Assembly (NCBI GenBank): GCA_951406725.2
Contig: OX597827.1
Location: forward strand, 78,864,001-78,928,000
DNA: 64,000 nt
Direction of reading: 5' to 3'
DNA from: Octopus vulgaris
Taxonomy: Eukaryota
How positions within the stretch are numbered: position 1 is the stretch's first letter; every line of letters starts with the position of its first letter. A model generated the notes under the pieces. It saw nothing but the letters and a program-made list of their open reading frames with translations, searched no databases and was not told the DNA's origin. Positions 26,217-37,427 of the stretch are shown here, in pieces. The position numbers and the translations under genes were made by a program.

Positions 26217-26410
26217 AAATTTTGAAAAAAAACACCTTTTATCAATTCAAAATGAACAATTAAATTACACCATCTAGTAAATTACATATAATAGAAATAT
26301 TAAAATTAATTTAATATTTCTATCATATGTAATTTTCTAGATGGTGTAATTTAATTGTTCATTTTGAATTGATAAAAGGTGTTTTTTTTCTAATTTTTTA
26401 TATATATATA
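26210..26410. repeat. Near-perfect AT-rich palindrome (~95-bp arms)
   Basis: aaaacaccttttatcaattcaaaatgaacaattaaattacaccatctag..|..ctagatggtgtaatttaattgttcattttgaattgataaaaggtgtttt. Confidence 0.9.
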
Positions 26411-26518
26411 TATTATATTGTGTGAAATTTGATTTAGTATTTCTAAATTGAATTTTTTTTCCTTGTAAGTTTTGGATTTTATTCCCTCAAATATTAATTA
26501 TTATATATATATATATAC

Positions 26519-26588
<70 letters not shown>

Positions 26589-26632
26589 CACATAATATAT
26601 ATATACACACATAATATATATATATACACATA

Positions 26633-26667
<35 letters not shown>

Positions 26668-26754
26668 TTAATGTTTGTTTTCATGTCCAGTTGTAATAAA
26701 AACAATTTTACATTAATATGATGGGTCACTTTATACATTTGTTGAGTAAAGATT

Positions 26755-27185
26755 TATCATCCTTAAACAAGAATATTATTGACGGTGACTTTGAAGTTTC
26801 GGTCAGTTAAGCCATTGCTGGACTGCAAAGGATTAAATCCTATAAAAGCAAAAATAACTAAATTACAGACCCATCTTTTTACCTCCCTAACAAAAGGGAC
26901 ATACCTAAACATACACACTAACTCACAAAGTTCTACATACATGGATTAATGAATAACATAACCCCAAATTTAATTAATAAAATTTCCTTCAAAACACCTC
27001 TCCATAACAATCCACCCCAACAACCTGATTACCATTTCATTCAAACCCATATACCTAAGGAAGGTGTAAACCTAACAGAGACTATATAAATCAAAGATTA
27101 ACTTTTATGCATTACAGTCTGACGATGGCTTAACTGGTAGAAACTTTGAGGTCACTGTCAACAACATTTTTGTGTAAGAATGATA
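26755..27185 (+). mobile_element. PLE 3' remnant flanked by inverted HHR-bearing repeats
   Basis: HHR 27114-27158: acagt-CTGACGA-tggcttaactggta-GAAA-ctttgag-GTC-actgt (perfect 5-bp stem I). Inverted degenerate copy at 26755-26825. Confidence 0.7.
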
Positions 27186-27187
27186 TA

Positions 27188-27367
27188 TAGATGCAAGAGT
27201 GGCTGTGTGGTAAGTAGCTTGCTTGCCAACCACATGGTTCTGGGTTCAGTCCCACTGTGTGGCACCTGGGGCAAGTGTTTTTTACTATAGCCTCAGGCCG
27301 ACCAAACCCTTATGAGTGGATTTGGTAGACAGAAACTGAAAGAAGCCTGTCATATATATATATATGC

Positions 27368-27439
<72 letters not shown>

Positions 27440-27652
27440 ATATGTTTGCGTGTCTGTTTGTCCCCCCCCCACTTCGCTTGACAACCAATGCTGGTGTGTT
27501 TACGTCCCCGTAACTTAGCAGTTCAGCAAAAGAGACCGGTAGAATAAGTACTAGGCTTACAAAGAATAAGTCCTGGGTCGATTTGCTCGACTAAAAGTGG
27601 TGCTCCAGCATGGCCGCAGTCAAATGACTGAAACAAGTAAAAGAATAAAAGA
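27188..27652 (+). mobile_element. SINE family B with expanded internal (TA)n
   Basis: Head gagtggctgtgtggtaag, CORE-like block, tail aagtaaaagaataaaag. Confidence 0.9.
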
Positions 27653-28259
27653 ATATATATATATCTATATATATATGTGCAGCCAGTGAGAAAAGTTTGG
27701 TTATTGAACCATAAAGACCATTTAAAGTTCCCAGATACAGTTCCCAACAATTTGCTTTTGTCCTTCAACAAGGTTTTTATCTTCAAGAGAGAGTTTTTAC
27801 TGTCTTCTTAATGAAACAACATTTCTGCAAACAAGAAAGATTTTCCCGCACTTCTGTTGAATCCCGTATTTTTTACTCCCACAACCCACATCAGTGACAG
27901 TGTCAGAGCAGAACAAAGATGCTTTTTTGGTTTTGGTAATTTCATTGAGTTTTTCTTTTTGATTTGGACCCATCTATTATACGGAACGAGACAACTTGGC
28001 GCAGCTGTTTGACTGCTGATCATCTGGCACTGCCGAGATGGACGTTTGGCTTGTTTTGGGGACTGCTTTTCGGTGGTAGATGCAAACACTCAAACACAAG
28101 CACACATGGAGAGAGTGGGAGAGGGAAAAGGAGAGAGAAGGTAGAGAGGGAGGGGGAGAGAGAGCGAGGCATCACAATTTATTAATAGAATATGACTGAC
28201 ATCAACTCTTTTCCTCTCCTGATACACACAGAGAAATATGCTCACAGACATAAACAACA

Positions 28260-28560
28260 AAGAGGGAGAGACAGAGAGAGGGGGGAAGAAGGAGAGAAGA
28301 GGGAGAGACAGAGAGAGGGGGAAGAAAGAGAGAAGAGAGAAAGAGACGGGGGAAGAAAGAGAGAAAGAGACAGAGAGAGTGGGGAAGAAGGAGAGAAGAG
28401 GGAGAGACAGAGAGAGGGGGAAGAAAGAGAGAAGAGGGAGAGACAGAGAGAGGGGGAAGAAAGAGAGAAGAGAGAAAGAGACGGGGGAAGAAAGAGAGAA
28501 AGAGACAGAGAGAGTGGGGAAGAAAGGGAGAAGAGAGAAGAGAGAGAGAGAAACAGAGAA
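28260..28560. repeat. GA-rich compound minisatellite with higher-order duplication
   Basis: Repeated agagggagagacagagagagggggaagaa(a/g)gagagaag units. Confidence 0.9.
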
Positions 28561-30232
28561 TGAGAGAATCATTAAAAAGTCTGATGTCAAATAAGTCAGC
28601 ATCAAATCAGTGATGCCAAAATGTCTCATACCCTCTATTATATATATGTATGTATGTATGTATAGATATAGCTGTAAATATATATATGTATACACATGCA
28701 TACATACATCACAAAAGAAAAACAGCATCCACTGACAAGTAAGTTCGGCCTGGTAGCATGGGCCATGGTTTTGTCAACTGCATTAAGTGTGTGTGTAGTC
28801 AGGATCAAACACAGACAGCTCCTTGGTTCTTCCACCTTTGATTCAGCAGAAAATCCAAGGATGTGACAGCTGGAAGGGGAGGGAGAGAGAGAGAAAGAGA
28901 GAGAGAGAGAACTGTACCACTAGCACTCATCCTGGCAGAGATCGGGGTAGCGTGAAATGAAGTACCTTGCTCAAGGGCACAATGAACTGTCTGGTTCAGG
29001 AATTGAACCTAATACCTTATGATCATGAACCCATTACCCTAACTACACGGACTTGCACCATCACACTCACATATATCCACACATATTTAGAAATACAAAC
29101 ACACATATATATATGTATATATAAATATATACATACATACACACATATATATTTGGCAAAACAATCTCTATTATTATCTGCCTGATAGCCTTGAGCTATG
29201 GATGAGTTTAATAGGCTAAACACCAGGATTAACACCTGACCACAAGAAAGGGACTTGCTCAGATCAATGGCCTAGTGTTCAGGGCCAAGACATGTCTCAG
29301 GTAGAGGCATATGGTTGTGGCTGACAGCCTGGGTGCCACCAAGTTAACTTGCCCATCATACATTCATGATGCTGACAATCAGACTGGGATCCATACCTCA
29401 CCAGTCAATGCCCAGGGTAACATCGCAGCCTGACTGGCCAGGCCTCAGTTTTGCTGACTGACAGAGGGCAGCAAAAGACCAAAAGAAGTGACAAAATCAG
29501 GTTGCAACGTTGTCAATGAATGTTCCAATGGCTATGTGGTCAAGGGATAGGAAGGAAGGATATATATATATACACACACACATACATACATATGTACACA
29601 CACACATACATGATATATGTATCCACACACATATATTTATATATGAACACATATACACTCATATACTCATAAACACATGCACACACAAACACCCATACCT
29701 GTGTTCATCTATTGGTGCATTTTTGATTAAGTGTGAATGTAAACAGTAAAACAATTTCTAATGCAACGTAGAGTTTCACAAGTGCTCTAGGTTAGAAATA
29801 TACTTACTATTGGGTGTAATTATTTATATGTCGTGGACAGGAAACTTTAGCAGAAAATAGAAATATTTAAAAAATAGAATACTAAATAAAGGTCTAATTG
29901 TGTGGCAGAGAATCGTATATGTTTAGAGACTAGAATTATAAGTGATGAGAATGTGAAACAGGTGTGTATTACACACAAACACACACACACACTGACATAC
30001 TCACACACATACGTTACACACATCTATATGTATGATAATGATAAGAAACAGAAAATATGTTTGTCTTTTTAAAGAAGAGATTTAAATAGTTTAAGAGTGT
30101 TGGAAGGAATTTAGCCGAATTGTTCACTAATAAAAGGTGAGATGGAAATAGTTTGTTTCCAGTTTTTTCTTTTTTTTCAAACTGACAGCTAAAGACGAGA
30201 AGAACAAAATGATGGTGGGAGAGTTCCATGGC

Positions 30233-31549
30233 TCATTGCTGGCCAGCAGTATCAACATGAGGGGTGACCATCACTTCTGCCAATTGTTTTGTCGTGTAGA
30301 CAGGCGCGGTAGCAATATTTACTGGTGTGCTGATGGGGTACATTTGCAGGGTGGGGAATATCTGTGCTGTTGCAGCGTTCATTTGTATGGTCGTTGGGAA
30401 TATTTGGGCTGCGGTCGGTGACATCTGTATGGTGGTTGGAAAGATCTGAGCCATTGAATACATTTGTACAGTCTGGGCCCCGGTATTTGTCGTAGCAATG
30501 GCTGAATAGAGTTGTTGCTGTTGCTGCTGCTGCTGTTCATCTTGTTGTTGTTGTTGTTGTTGTTTTTGCTGAACCAGTCCAGCATTAATGGTGTTGTTGT
30601 GGCTGATAATATTGTTGTTGTCAACACTGGTCGTTGCTATTTGTTGTGGTTGGTTGAGATCAACTTGACAAATTGTAGGTTGCTGTAGGACCTCTGTGCT
30701 CACAGGTACTGGTAGCACCTCTGTACTCACGGGTAGCACCTCTGTACTCACGGGTACCGCAAGTTCTAACTGTGTCTCGGGTTCAACTTTCAACTGGGAA
30801 ACTTGAGGTACGCAACTCAGTTTCCGACGACCTTTATTTGGCTGGTTGTGCTTGACCAGGTGGTCATGGCGAGAAAAGGCAAATCCACAGATGGTACACT
30901 TGTAAGGGCGTTCTCCAGAGTGAATTCTCTTGTGGACCTTCAGATGATCCCGCCGGGACAGTGCCTTGCCGCAAATGTCACATTTAAAGAGCTTCTCCCC
31001 ATGGTGGCTGCTCATGTGTCGTACTAGATGGTCGTTGCGTGAGAAGGCGTAACCACACATCTCGCATCGGAAAGGCCTCTCCCCTGTCTGGGACCGTCTG
31101 CCAGTCTTCACCGATGGCTGGCCATAAAGAGGTTTCATGTGAGAGTGATGTTCGTACTGATGGTTGTGATGACCATGAATGTGATGATGATGATGGTTGT
31201 TGCTGTTGTTGTTACTGTTGTTGCTGTGGTGGTGATGATGGTGATGGTGATGATGATCGTTATTTTCAGAACCGGTGCTGAAATCAAAACAGTCATTGCC
31301 AAAAACTTTCTTTTCTTCCACCTCGACAAGCTCAACCACTGCCTGCTGTAATGTCTGCGGCTCAGAGCGTTTCTGCTTCATCGATGCACTGTTGATGTTG
31401 TTCTCGGGCTGCTGCAGCTGCGTGTGCACAACGGTCGATATCGGTGTTGTCGTTAATGATTCCATCGACGCAAAGCCCTTGTCACTGCAAATGTTGTTGT
31501 CCGACGTCGACTTCCCAACCATTTGCTGGGCTGTCAGGTTGTCCTCCAT
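30233..31549 (-). CDS. C2H2 zinc-finger protein ZF-B (3 fingers, third atypical; His-rich and Gln-rich regions)
   Basis: ORF 30233-31588 with first ATG at 31549 (MEDNLTAQQ). Fingers FRCEMC..RNDHLVRHMSSH, FKCDIC..RRDHLKVHKRIH and YKCTIC..RHDHLVKH (last His absent), with TGERP/SGERP linkers. Confidence 0.9.
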   Translation of the reverse strand: MEDNLTAQQMVGKSTSDNNICSDKGFASMESLTTTPISTVVHTQLQQPENNINSASMKQKRSEPQTLQQAVVELVEVEEKKVFGNDCFDFSTGSENNDHHHHHHHHHHSNNSNNNSNNHHHHHIHGHHNHQYEHHSHMKPLYGQPSVKTGRRSQTGERPFRCEMCGYAFSRNDHLVRHMSSHHGEKLFKCDICGKALSRRDHLKVHKRIHSGERPYKCTICGFAFSRHDHLVKHNQPNKGRRKLSCVPQVSQLKVEPETQLELAVPVSTEVLPVSTEVLPVPVSTEVLQQPTICQVDLNQPQQIATTSVDNNNIISHNNTINAGLVQQKQQQQQQQDEQQQQQQQQLYSAIATTNTGAQTVQMYSMAQIFPTTIQMSPTAAQIFPTTIQMNAATAQIFPTLQMYPISTPVNIATAPVYTTKQLAEVMVTPHVDTAGQQ

Positions 31550-31958
31550 TGCTATGGTAACCGCAGTGGAAAACACAAACAAAAACAAAATATGTCCTAA
31601 AAGGGCAGAAGTGTTATTAGAAACGTAATTTCCGTGTAGAGACTGTGGCAGTCTGCAAGTGCGGTGGGTGTGGTAGATTCTTCATTTCTATCATCGCATT
31701 TGTTTGGGTGACACAGCTGAGAGGAATAGTCAAGTGTAACGCAAGAGAGGCTTCATTTACAGTGATTAGGCTGGAGATCTCGTTATCGCATTCATCAATG
31801 GGAAATAGCTGAGTGGTAAGAGAAGGTGTTGTAGGATTTAGATTTGGTGAAAATGTATTTGAGGGAAATGTTATCAAGAGGAGAATTGCATCACACGAGT
31901 GACGGTTCCTTCTTGTGTTGCAGACAACTTTGTGTATCTCTCAAACAGCAGCAGTTAT

Positions 31959-31980
31959 CTGTAAAAGAAAAATAACGAAA
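31959..31980 (-). promoter_or_regulatory. Splice acceptor for the ZF-B coding exon (exon starts 31958 on minus)
   Basis: Minus strand reads tttcgttatttttcttttacAG|ataactgc, ~410 nt upstream of the ATG at 31549. Confidence 0.6.
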
Positions 31981-32039
31981 GTATCAGAACAAAGGAGACA
32001 AATCATAAGGGATGGCAACATTAGAAAGAAAACCAAGGC

Positions 32040-32591
32040 CAATGGTTCTTGACCAGGGTCCTTATGACCTTTAGGGGTCCATTTAAGATTTTGTTAACAT
32101 TTATGTGCAGGAAATTGGTTATATTTCTATAATATACAATATATTTTCACAATTTTTTATACAATTTCTTAGATGATGATGATGGTCATCGTCATCGTTA
32201 TCATCATCGTTTAACATCCGCTTTCCATGCTAGCATGGGTTGGACGATTTGACTGAGGACTGGCGAACCAGATGGCTGCACCAGGCTCCAATCTTGATCT
32301 GGCAGAGTTTCTACAGCTGGATGCCCTTCCGAACACCAACCACTCCGAGAGTGTAGTGGGTGCTTTTAGATGCCACCGACACGATGGCCAGTCAGGTGGT
32401 ACTGGCATTGGCCACGCTCAAATGGTGTTTTTTATGTGCCACCTGCACTGGCAACGACCTCGCTCGAATGTTTTTTCACATTTAATTATAAAAATATAAT
32501 AGGATATTTTAACATGGGGGTGGCCTTGGGGACAGTAGAGTGAAATAGGAATGAAAGGGGTTGATAGTAAAAAAATGGTTGACAACCACTG
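32040..32591. mobile_element. hAT-like MITE interrupted by an RTE 3'UTR copy
   Basis: caatggttcttgacc .. ggttgacaaccactg termini; TSD not evident. Confidence 0.5.
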
Positions 32592-33211
32592 ATGTAAACA
32601 TTGAGTACGCAGTATTGGAGGGGAGGGGCATTAATAGATGGATTAGAAGCAGGAGTGATTGGCCCTTTTGTTACCCTATTGCTCTTGAAATACACTGCCT
32701 TTGTTTCAATTGTGAGAATAATGTTTAATTTAAGTTTCTTTAAAGCAAAGTTTGTCTCATAGAAGCAAGGGAGTGGGGGGGGTTGCTCAGGCAGGGTGGT
32801 ATCAAAAGAGTGAAATGGATTTGGGGAAAAGAAGGTCAAGACCTGTGGAAATGGTAAAAACGAAATAAAGAATTAGTGAGAGGAGGAATGATAGCAGCCG
32901 TTACTCCAAGACTTTTCTTTCAGGATTTCTGAGACTGTTGGGGAAAAGTTATCTTCATACCAGGGGTCTGGTGGACCCTGTTAAAGGTACCTAAAGTCCA
33001 GGTGAAGGATTACGTTTATCGCCTAATCTCTTTGACAGGTTTCTTAACAGTTTCCACTGACCAAATTTTATGGAGAAAACAAAAAAAGGGTTCCTTATAC
33101 ACATTAAAATACAGTAATTCGTTTTTGGAATATCTCAAAGTATAAACATGTAAAGTTGAAATAGCATATAACTATTAGTTTGCAAAACTGCCTGTGGGAT
33201 TTATATATGAA

Positions 33212-33605
33212 CTAGCAGTATAGCCCAGCATTGCTCGGGCTTGTTTTCTTTTCGACCCTTCAGAATTGGAATTTTTGAAAAGTAAAAATTTTGCCTTATG
33301 TAGCTTGTTATTCTCTTGAAGTGAACATTTTTCTGGTTGAAATACACCAAAAAATGGTGACACAGCAGTCAAAAAATCGTAAAAAATTGGGATTTTCATT
33401 GAAAAAAAAGCACCTTTTTGATGTAAATAATTTTTGGTCTTAACATGGTCCAATTTGAATTTTTTCTCCTACAAAATGAAGAGCAAGCCTTCTTCTATCA
33501 TACTCTCAATTTTGGTCAACTTGCATCACAGGGTCTTGGAGGAGATAGTGTTAGTTGAAGGCTACCAAACCTGCCATACACAGACAACTTCAGTTTTATA
33601 TATAT
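33212..33605 (-). mobile_element. Non-autonomous Helitron (related termini)
   Basis: Minus strand: tataaaactgaagttgt.. ..gcccgagcaatgctgggc-tatactg-CTAG|T; same termini as 44765-45089. Confidence 0.75.
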
Positions 33606-34662
33606 ATATATGTGTGTGTGTGTGACTGTGTGTGTATGTGTTAGTACCTCCTTGCTTCGACAAAGTGTAATAGTTGTGAATGAGCATCACTGCCACAGAA
33701 GCAATGTCCTTTGTTTCCAATCTGCTGTGAAAGCATTTCCTTACTTGGAAACAGATGAGGGCTGACAACAGCAAGGGCATCTGACCATAGAAAATCTCCT
33801 CAGTGGATTCTGCCTGACCCAAGTGAACCTCAGCAAAGTGGATGGTAAATGATGATGATGATGATGACGATGATGAAGATGATGTTGATGTGTGGATGAA
33901 ATATAGTGTGGCATCTTTGTTCAGCAAACATTAAGATTGTTTTAAAACATAGTTACCAGTGCCGGTGGCACATAAGAGAACCATCCGAACGTGGCCGTTG
34001 CCAGCGCCGCCCCGACTGGCCTCGTGCCAGTGGCACGTAAAAGCACCATCCGTTCGTGGCCGTGTCAGCCTCGCATGGCCCCCGTGCTGGTGGATGATGA
34101 TGATGTCTGGCTCCGTGATGATGATGACAATGATGTTGATGTGTGGATGAAATATAGTGTGGCATCTTTGTTCAGCAAACATTAAGATTGTTTTAAAACA
34201 TTTGCTCAGTCATTCCTTTTAACCTCTCTTCATGTTTCTGGTTTCAAAACCAACGTTTGTATTTCACCCCTATTATACCCAGTTCACCCAGATGAAGTTA
34301 ACATGGTCAAATGATGCAAATTCAAGACATCCTATTTACCCCCACACATATAGAAGCATCACGAGCGGTGTTTTGTTGGCTGGTCTGAGGTGATGACTGC
34401 CTGAGTTAATGAAAGAAAAAGTGTTTCTGTGAGAAGAAGTAAATGGAGAACAACCGCGAATATTGAACAGAAGATTTTATTATTTTGTAAAGAGTTTAAC
34501 TGTGTTGGTCTTTTACAAATAATAACAGCAATAAATATACCAGGAAACACCTACTGCTTGGAGTTTATGGCAAGCTTACTGATACAGCAATCTGTGGTTG
34601 GCCCATTATCATGGTGGACACAACACAGATCTGCCTCAACATCCTGCAATTACAGCCTTTTT

Positions 34663-35033
34663 ATCATCATCATCATCATTGTTTAATGTCTGTTTTCCAT
34701 GCTAGCATGGGTTGGACAGTTCGACCGGGGTCTGCACCAGGCTCCAGTCTGATCTGGCAGTGTTTCTACAGCTGGATGCCCTTCCTAATGCCAACCACTC
34801 CGTGAGTGTAGTGGGTGCTTTTTACGTGCCACTGGCACAGGTGCCAGATGAGACTGGCAATGGCCACGATCGGTTGATGCTTTTTACATGCCACCGGCAC
34901 TGGTATCACAACTACAATTTCCATTGATTTTTTTATCGATTTCGATTTCACTTGCCTCAACAGGTCTTCACAAGCAGAGTTTTGTGTCCAAAGAAGGGAA
35001 GGTATGCATAAGTGGACTGGCTACATCACAGGG
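34663..35033 (-). mobile_element. RTE 3'UTR copy
   Basis: Reverse complement of the 5395-5746 family, extending further 5'. Confidence 0.7.
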
Positions 35034-35216
35034 TACAAGGAAAAAATTCTAGAAGACTGAATCATGTGCTGGCTTGATGCTGACTGGTTGCTTAAGAGAT
35101 TGAACATGTAAAATTATTGTGGCTTGATCATGATGCACGACCAGTTACCTAGTGGTTCAGATTTGAGTCACTGCAGGAAATACCCCGTCACATGAAAATC
35201 TAATCTGAAAGGCATT

Positions 35217-35578
35217 GAGTCTTTAGCATTTAAACTGGCCACAGACACTGGCTCAAATACTCTACCTGTTTTATGTTCAGACTAGACAGATCTGGCCTCT
35301 CACACGTGCCCTACAATGTCATTCTTAAAATACACAATCACATCAAACTCTGCCAGATCAAGATTGGAGTCTGGTGCAGCCACCTGGTTCGCCAGCCCTC
35401 AGTCAAATCGTCCAACCCATGCTAGCATGGAAAGCAGACGTGGAACGATGATGAGGATGATGATGATGATGACATCACCAAAATCTTGGAAGCTAAGAGA
35501 TAATGAAGGATAAATTTGAAACAATGTGAATAAATAAGCCTTACATTTGAAAGAATAATCTGAATGCTGAAGGGTTAA
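35217..35578 (+). mobile_element. piggyBac-like MITE (TTAA-CCCT termini); related copies at ~46416-46812, 49786-49965(-), 58887-59075
   Basis: ctttagcatt..aatgctgaagggTTAA; internal cagatctggcctctcacac..cctacaatgtcattct shared among copies. Confidence 0.6.
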
Positions 35579-36169
35579 ACACAAACACATTGCTTGTGGT
35601 CACAACACGCTTGGACAGGAGCCCAACTTACAATGATGGCTGCATAGATTATCCATTACATGGATGGAAATTGGGTGAAAACATGCCACCTGCAAACATT
35701 AGGGGGTTAATAGGCCTGATGTGAGGCGAGAAAGACTTGAAAGGTAAGGTAATTAGTTGAGATGAAGACCAAACAAAAAAACAGGTGGCATTTGTATGGG
35801 AACATCAGGTAACATAGTGTGCCCCCTGGTGGTAATTTAGTGAAGCTCTCTGTTGCCTGTCTTCCAAGACCACCACCCATCGGACTTCTCAGTGGAAAAT
35901 CATATAAATTCACAAAGAAAATGCCTGTTTTCTTGCAACCTGCATTTCTCATCTTAAACAAAAAAAAAAACTGATTAAATAAAAAATTTTTGCCTTAAAA
36001 AGTTTAGATCAACGTCTTCATCGTTGTCGCCCAGACGTCGCCGCCGCCCCCGTCGCCACTAATACCACTACCATCTCACCCCCGCCACCACCACCACCAC
36101 CGACACCATTCTATGAACAACAAGTCAGTGTTTAGTTCTAAATTCTGATTAGTCAGATAACAATCACTT

Positions 36170-36390
36170 CTTGTTATTGCTGTTTAACCCCAGGTCAACC
36201 GCGAATAAACAAACGTATGATCAAAAAGCATTCCAGCCGTGACTATCACACCATTTCTGTTTTGCAGACACCTTGAACTTAGGGTTACATTATTCAATGA
36301 AAACCTTTATTTCTTTTCTCAAGATTATAGGGTGTAATTTGAGGGAGATATGGCTGCTATTTCTACCAGCTCTAGCAACCACTTAGAGGC
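36170..36390 (+). repeat. Unclassified dispersed repeat (ggctgctatttctagc family)
   Basis: ccccaggtcaacc..tatgatcaaa..cattccagcc..gagggagatatggctgctatttcta. Related copies at ~37790(-), 40700, 44660(-), 47415(-), 47690(-) and 50050. Confidence 0.6.
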
Positions 36391-37167
36391 TCTGTTGTTC
36401 AACAGATTGGTGAATAAAATGACAGAATTTGAAGAGACTTGCCCTGGCAATTCCATCTCTAAATGTCACTTACTAACCACACGACGACAACCAACCTGTT
36501 TAATTAACTCCCAAAGCTGTCACTGTCTCCATTCCAATGAATTCCAGAACTAACCAAACTTTTATTTTTGACGAAGTTCATCATGGCATGGGGTGGAGAC
36601 ATCTGATATTTTAGGGCAGCTCCTTCTGTCGAGAGAGTAAAAAGGAAAGAAATTCTCCTTTTGATGCCAAGACCGATTCTGGTCCTAAGGTACAAACTTA
36701 CCGTTTTCAGGTGATTTAGTGATTTAAATTAAAACTTTTCACCAAACTCTTTGTAAATTTATGTTCCAAATACCAGCCAAAGAATGACAGTTATGTTACC
36801 GAATTTTTCAAAATTAAACGAAGCAAAAAAATACAGAAAACCTCAAAAGAAAAACAGTAACACAAGTGTTTAAAAACTTCCTTCGATCTCCCAATCTATT
36901 TATCATATATTATAGACAATCAGATTAAGAGACAGGCCCCGAAACGTCAGCCTCCCCGGATTCTGTTGTCTAACTTTACTGGAAGAAATGTCAGAACGTC
37001 GGAAAATGGGTTTTGTGGCATTATCTCAACTTCTCTATGTTCTGAGTTCAATCTTATTTTTTATTCCTTCGGGAACTATAAAATACCAGTCGAGTACTTG
37101 GAACAATAGACTACCCCCACCTTCTACAAAAAATTAAGCCTAAATTAAGAAATCATTATTATAGTTT

Positions 37168-37427
37168 GGCAGAGGTAAAGAATACGTACACCACCCTAAC
37201 CCTAATCCTAAATCTAAACCTATTTCTTTACTACCGACAAGGGGCTAAACACAGAGGGGACAAACAAGGACAGACAAACGGATTAAGTCGATTATATCGA
37301 CCCCAGTGCATAACTGGTGCTTAATTTATCCGAAAGGATGAAGTCGTCCTAAATCTAAACCCTAGCCCTAATCCTAAATCTAAACCCTAACCCTAAACAC
37401 CGGGTGTACGCATTCTTTACTTTCGCC
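37168..37427. mobile_element. MITE with 25-bp TIRs, 8-bp TSD and internal CCCTAA-like repeats; contains a nested SINE A fragment
   Basis: TIR ggcagaggtaaagaatacgtacacc / ggtgtacgcattctttactttcgcc; TSD TATAGTTT. SINE (-) at ~37221-37345 flanked by tcctaaatctaaacc. Confidence 0.8.

Noticed and set aside
28090-28728. 212-aa hydrophobic ORF and ER-rich ORFs
   Set aside because: GA-rich minisatellite translation.
36696-36704. Minus-strand donor CG|GTAAGT as a ZF-B exon end
   Set aside because: Lies in a decayed MITE-like repeat with no supporting acceptor identified.
36920-36956. Hammerhead remnant (..aagag-acaggcccc-GAAACGTCAG)
   Set aside because: The CTGA core is absent and there is no stem II pairing; not counted.
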